Source: Neoechinorhynchus agilis (Eukaryota; Animalia; Acanthocephala). Taken from it: a DNA stretch of 64,000 nucleotides. The translations under genes and the position numbers were made by a program. How positions within the stretch are numbered: position 1 is the stretch's first letter; each line of letters starts with the position of its first letter. The DNA lies in NCBI GenBank assembly GCA_051530055.1, contig CM121342.1:6571489-6635488 (forward strand). The letters are read 5' to 3'. Positions 60,201 through 64,000 of this stretch are shown here, piece after piece. The notes under the pieces were generated by a model. The model saw nothing but the letters and a program-made list of their open reading frames with translations, was not told where the DNA came from and did not search any database.

Positions 60201-62753
60201 AAAAGTCACCAAAACTTCAAATAACCTTAAAAATTTAAAATCAATTCATTATTGTTGCTTATTTGCCCTCGGATGTACCTGAGAACTTTAAATTTTCTTT
60301 TTTTAACTAAATTATAAAAGATTTTCAGACAATTTTATCGGCAGTTCAAAGAATTTTGTTAACTAACGAATACGAAAAGTCACCAAAACTTCAAATGAAC
60401 TTAAAAATTTAAAATCAATTTATTATTGTTGCTTATTTGCCCCCGGACGTACCTGAGAACTTGAAATTTCTTTTTTAAATAAATTATAAAGATTTTCGAC
60501 AATTTTATCGGCAGTTCAAAGAATTTTGTTAACTAACGAATACGAAAAGTCACTAAAACTTCAAATGAACCTTAAAAATTTAAAATCAATTTATTATTGT
60601 TGCTAATTTGCCCCCGGACGTACCTGAGAACTTGAAATTTTCTTTTTTAAATAAATTATAAAAGATTTTCAGACAATTTTATCGGCAGTTCAAAGAATTT
60701 TGTTAACTAACGAATACGAAAAGTCACCAAAACTTCAAATGAACCTTAAAAATTTAAAATCAATTTATTATTGTTGCTTATTTGCCCCCGGACGTACCTG
60801 AGAACTTGAAATGTTCTTTTTTAACTAAATTATTAAAGATTTTCAGACAATTTTATCGGCAGTTCAAAGAATTTTGTTAACTAACGAATACGAAAAGTCA
60901 CCAAAACTTCAAATGAACCTTAAAAATTTAAAATCAATTTATTATTGTTGCTTATTTGCCCTCGGACGTACCTGAGAACTTTAAATTTTCTTTAAATAAA
61001 TTATAAAAGATTTTCAGACAATTTTATCGGCAGTTCAAAGAATTTTGTTAACTAACGAATACGAAAAGTCACCAAAACTTCAAATGAACCTTAAAAATTT
61101 AAAATCAATTTATTATTGTTGCTAATTTGCCCCCGGACGTACCTGAGAACTTGAATTTTCTTTTTTAAATAAATTATAAAAGATTTTCAGACAATTTTAT
61201 CGGCAGTTCAAAGAATTTTGTTAACTAACGAATACGAAAAGTCACTAAAACTTCAAATGAACCTTAAAAATTTAAAATCAATTTATTATTGTTGCTAATT
61301 TGCCCCCGGACGTATCTGAGAACTTGAAATTTTCTTTTTTAAATAAATTATTAAAGATTTTCAGACAATTTTATCGGCAGTTCAAAGAATTTTGTTAACT
61401 AACGAATACGAAAAGTCACTAAAACTTCAAATGAACCTTAAAAATTTAAAATCAATTCATTATTGTTGCTTATTTGCCCTCGGACGTACCTGAGAACTTG
61501 AAATTTTCTTTTTTTAACTAAATTATAAAAGATTTTCAGACAATTTTATCGGCAGTTCAAAGAATTTTGTTAACTAACGAATACGAAAAGTCACCAAAAC
61601 TTCAAATGAACTTAAAAATTTAAAATCAATTTATTATTGTTGCTTATTTGCCCTCGGACGTACCTGAGAACTTGAAATTTTCTTTTTTTAACTAAATTAT
61701 AAAAGATTTTCAGACAATTTTATCGGCAGTTCAAAGAATTTTGTTAACTAACGAATACGAAAAGTCACTAAAACTTCAAATGAACCTTAAAAATTTAGGA
61801 TTATAATAAAATACGTGACCTTTAAAGAAAAATGATTGAAAACAATAAAATGAAATGTTTTATTGGTTCTTTAATGAAAGATTGAGGAGTTAAGAGATCG
61901 CTGAAACTCAGCTGCTACTTTCCATCGGCCTATAATGATGACAAAAGAACTATTAACATATAAAGCAGTCATCGACATTATTTTGGTAATAATAATTCCG
62001 GTAATAGCACATTTGATTTATTGGAAGATTAAAATTATTAATGTTTTTATAACAATCTTATACCTTTATCAGGGTTGCCCGAAAAATTGAAATTTAAAAA
62101 TTCTTTTAAAATTTTCCACCATATATAGAAAACGTGCAAAACAGTAAATATCTAGATTTAAATTTTTTTTAATTATTTTTGTTTATTTCGCCTTGTTTAT
62201 AATCATTAACTGCGGTAATTACATCGAACGACGGATAAGGAAATGCTTTATAAAATGAGTGTTTATCGAAAAGAGTACACCACGTATCGTCACCCATGAA
62301 GACTATTGATTTGTTTGCTCGATTTAACTGATCAATGAAGTTGTCTTCTTTAATTTGAGAAGTGGCGAAGTTTTCTCCTATTTCAATGAAAGTAGTTAAA
62401 GATCCAGTTGCGATTGCTTTTAGTCGCTGTGCGGTTGTTGTAGGAGGATCAGCGTACATCCGCCTAATAAAAAATCGATTTGGTGACTTTGAGAAGTAGT
62501 TTGAAACTCTTGGAAAAAGGTCTACATTAAGAGTTTGATGATCGGAGTTAACGAGGTAGTCGTATCTTAGGGCGTCGATGATGATAAAAATTACACGTTG
62601 AAATTTAAAGAAACTGTTTGATTGCAGCGGGACGCGTTCATTAATCTGAGAAATTGATCGACGAGTTAGCAGGAATCCTCGAATAAATACAGCAAATCCA
62701 AATACGATTGTTATCGTCAATGAAATTAGACGTCGTTGACTCTTTTTTAACAT
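57245..62753 (-). CDS. PIGO: GPI ethanolamine phosphate transferase 3
   Basis: IIIDALRYD, ADPPTTTAQRLKAIATGSL, FMGDDTW, AHFLGVDHCGH, GDHGMTDSGGHGG, QIDITPTLS.LLNVPIPFGNLG and LRRHLMLWAVFCP. Introns: about 59010-62216 (satellite-filled) and a 41-nt intron at about 58790-58830. There is a probable 1-nt assembly frameshift near 57975. Confidence 0.93.
59332..61797. repeat. 175-bp intronic satellite, about 14 copies
   Basis: aacgaatacgaaaagtcac at 59332, 59506, 59681 and onward. Confidence 0.97.
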
Positions 62754-62879
62754 GGCGATCTAAAACGAAGCAACTTTGAGAAAGTCTTAAAAGGCCAAAT
62801 GAGTGGATTATTCAAATTCTTTTAAAAGGAAATTTCATGACTATTTTTTAAAAAGTTTCAAGTCAACTATTGAATATCA

Positions 62880-62990
62880 ATAGGCGACTTTACAACGAGG
62901 CAATGCTGCCAGCGTGATGGCGACGGTCGAGGAAGGACAAAAGCTGGAATTCGGCGGGAGGTGGTGAGTGTGTTAATTGTCGAGAGTTGA
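62880..62990 (+). mobile_element. CRE subfamily B extreme 3' fragment upstream of PIGO
   Basis: caacgaggcaatgctgccagcgtgatggcgacggtcgaggaaggacaaaagctg (QRGNAASVMATVEEGQKL) matches the 1273-1350 terminus. Confidence 0.8.
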
Positions 62991-63008
62991 AGATTGAATT
63001 TCAAAAAT

Positions 63009-64000
63009 TTACGAGCGCTTTAAAAAAGAATTAAATATTAAAAGAACCTGAATATTGCACATATACAAATAAAGTGATTTTAATTTCAAGGTTAAATATC
63101 CGGACATAACGAAATTATTGTGCCTATGCATTGTGATGTTTGCACTGTGCCTGACCGCTAATCTCCTTGAGATATAATCCCCGATGAAACTTAATCTTAC
63201 AACGCATTCATCTCCCAAATAACCAGCAAGAGCACCGGATTCAAAAGTTGCGAGTTTATCCGCTGATTCGACGAACCATTCGATTTCTTGGACAAACGGA
63301 ATTCGGTGTAATGGAATGGCAGTTATCCACGAATTTGAAGAAAACAATGATAAAATCGCGATTGAATCCGATTGAGGGAAATAAGTACGTCTGGTAGAAA
63401 TAAAGAGACAAGGTAACTCTTCGGACGAAATATTCGTCCGCATCAGTGGAGCATAAAACGACAGAAGAGATCCATGTCCAGCAAGACAAAGATCTCCATC
63501 TTCAGATCCTAAAGATCGCTGATCCACATTGAAATCATAGCATTCGAATCTTTTTGCAATACTTTTCCGGATTAAAGATGGACCGTAGTATGGACAGGCG
63601 GGTAGCATATCTGCTAAACGATTCACTGTGCTATTCCTTGCATTCTGACTTAGACGAACCAAACGATAGAATGAAGGCAATAAGAAGTTTTAAGTAGCTC
63701 TGTGGATATTCTTGCAGAATAAAATCATTTCGAAATGGACTTGAGTATTTTACCAGCATATCGGGAAGTTCATTATCCTTGTATTCCTTGGCGATCTCAC
63801 ATGCATCTCGAAAACTAACTTCAACATTTTTTCCATCAATCGGAGTAAATGAGCACAGTCGATTGGGTAAATGGTCAACAATCTCAAGAAGGTCGTTGAA
63901 TTTCTTTAGTTTATCCGAAATTTGATTTCTTTTCAATTTATATGACTTTGCAAACTCCTTCAGCTCATCCGATGGGTCCTCGGGGGCAAGTCGGGTAATC
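63009..64000 (-). CDS. Unidentified protein-coding gene, 5' end beyond the window; two overlapping long frames
   Basis: ORFs 63631..63936 and 63009..63680 have coding-like composition and overlap by about 50 nt (frameshift or small intron). No family recognised. Confidence 0.55.

Noticed and set aside
29352-61797. SL RNA gene arrays in the 96/131-, 175- or 296-bp repeats
   Set aside because: Donor-like sites exist, but there is no convincing combination of leader hairpin and Sm site at the proper spacing.
63009-63936. NOL6/Utp22 identity for the last gene
   Set aside because: One short segment (SPFRNDFILQEYPQSYLKLL) is vaguely similar, but the following conserved blocks do not match.
1-64000. 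tRNA, rRNA or snRNA genes, and species assignment
   Set aside because: No cloverleaf with a GTTCRA T-loop and no U1/U2/U6 or rRNA signatures were seen by eye. Gene content supports only a metazoan assignment.

Overview
Eukaryotic (metazoan) genomic DNA, AT-rich and compact. There are no prokaryotic operons, CRISPR arrays, rRNA or tRNA genes. About 16 host genes are present: a ShK-domain propeptide, AK3, DPH2, a C2orf42 homologue, LIN-41/TRIM71, a secreted double Frizzled-CRD protein, a KChIP-like protein, a MARVEL protein, an LRR protein, RBCK1/HOIL-1, PIGO and several orphans. They are intronless or have tiny 41-61 nt introns. The exception is four genes that each carry one multi-kb intron filled by its own satellite. 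Roughly 40% of the window is tandem repeat, in about 14 arrays (units of 18, 70, 83, 96/131, 109, 125, 141, 173, 175, 254, 296, 307 and about 347 bp). Mobile DNA comprises one near-full-length decayed CRE-clade (RLE) non-LTR retrotransposon plus about 7 fragments, APE-type LINE fragments, a Ty3/gypsy remnant (partial LTR, 18-nt tRNA-Ser PBS, open gag) and a cargo-carrying MITE family. The most interesting signals, all inference needing RNA data, are: (1) 3' splice acceptors sitting at or just before many start codons, which suggests SL trans-splicing; (2) sense-strand AG|GT or TCTCAG splice-like sites once per unit in the intronic satellites; (3) a sequence link from a hairpin element to the satellites; (4) a GC-rich 296-bp array with a structured, U-tailed RNA-like core; (5) about 100 TGACGTCA motifs directly upstream of DPH2. 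All gene models and alignments were made by eye from recalled family motifs, coordinates of repeats and TE fragments are approximate, and the assembly shows indel errors. The species cannot be identified.
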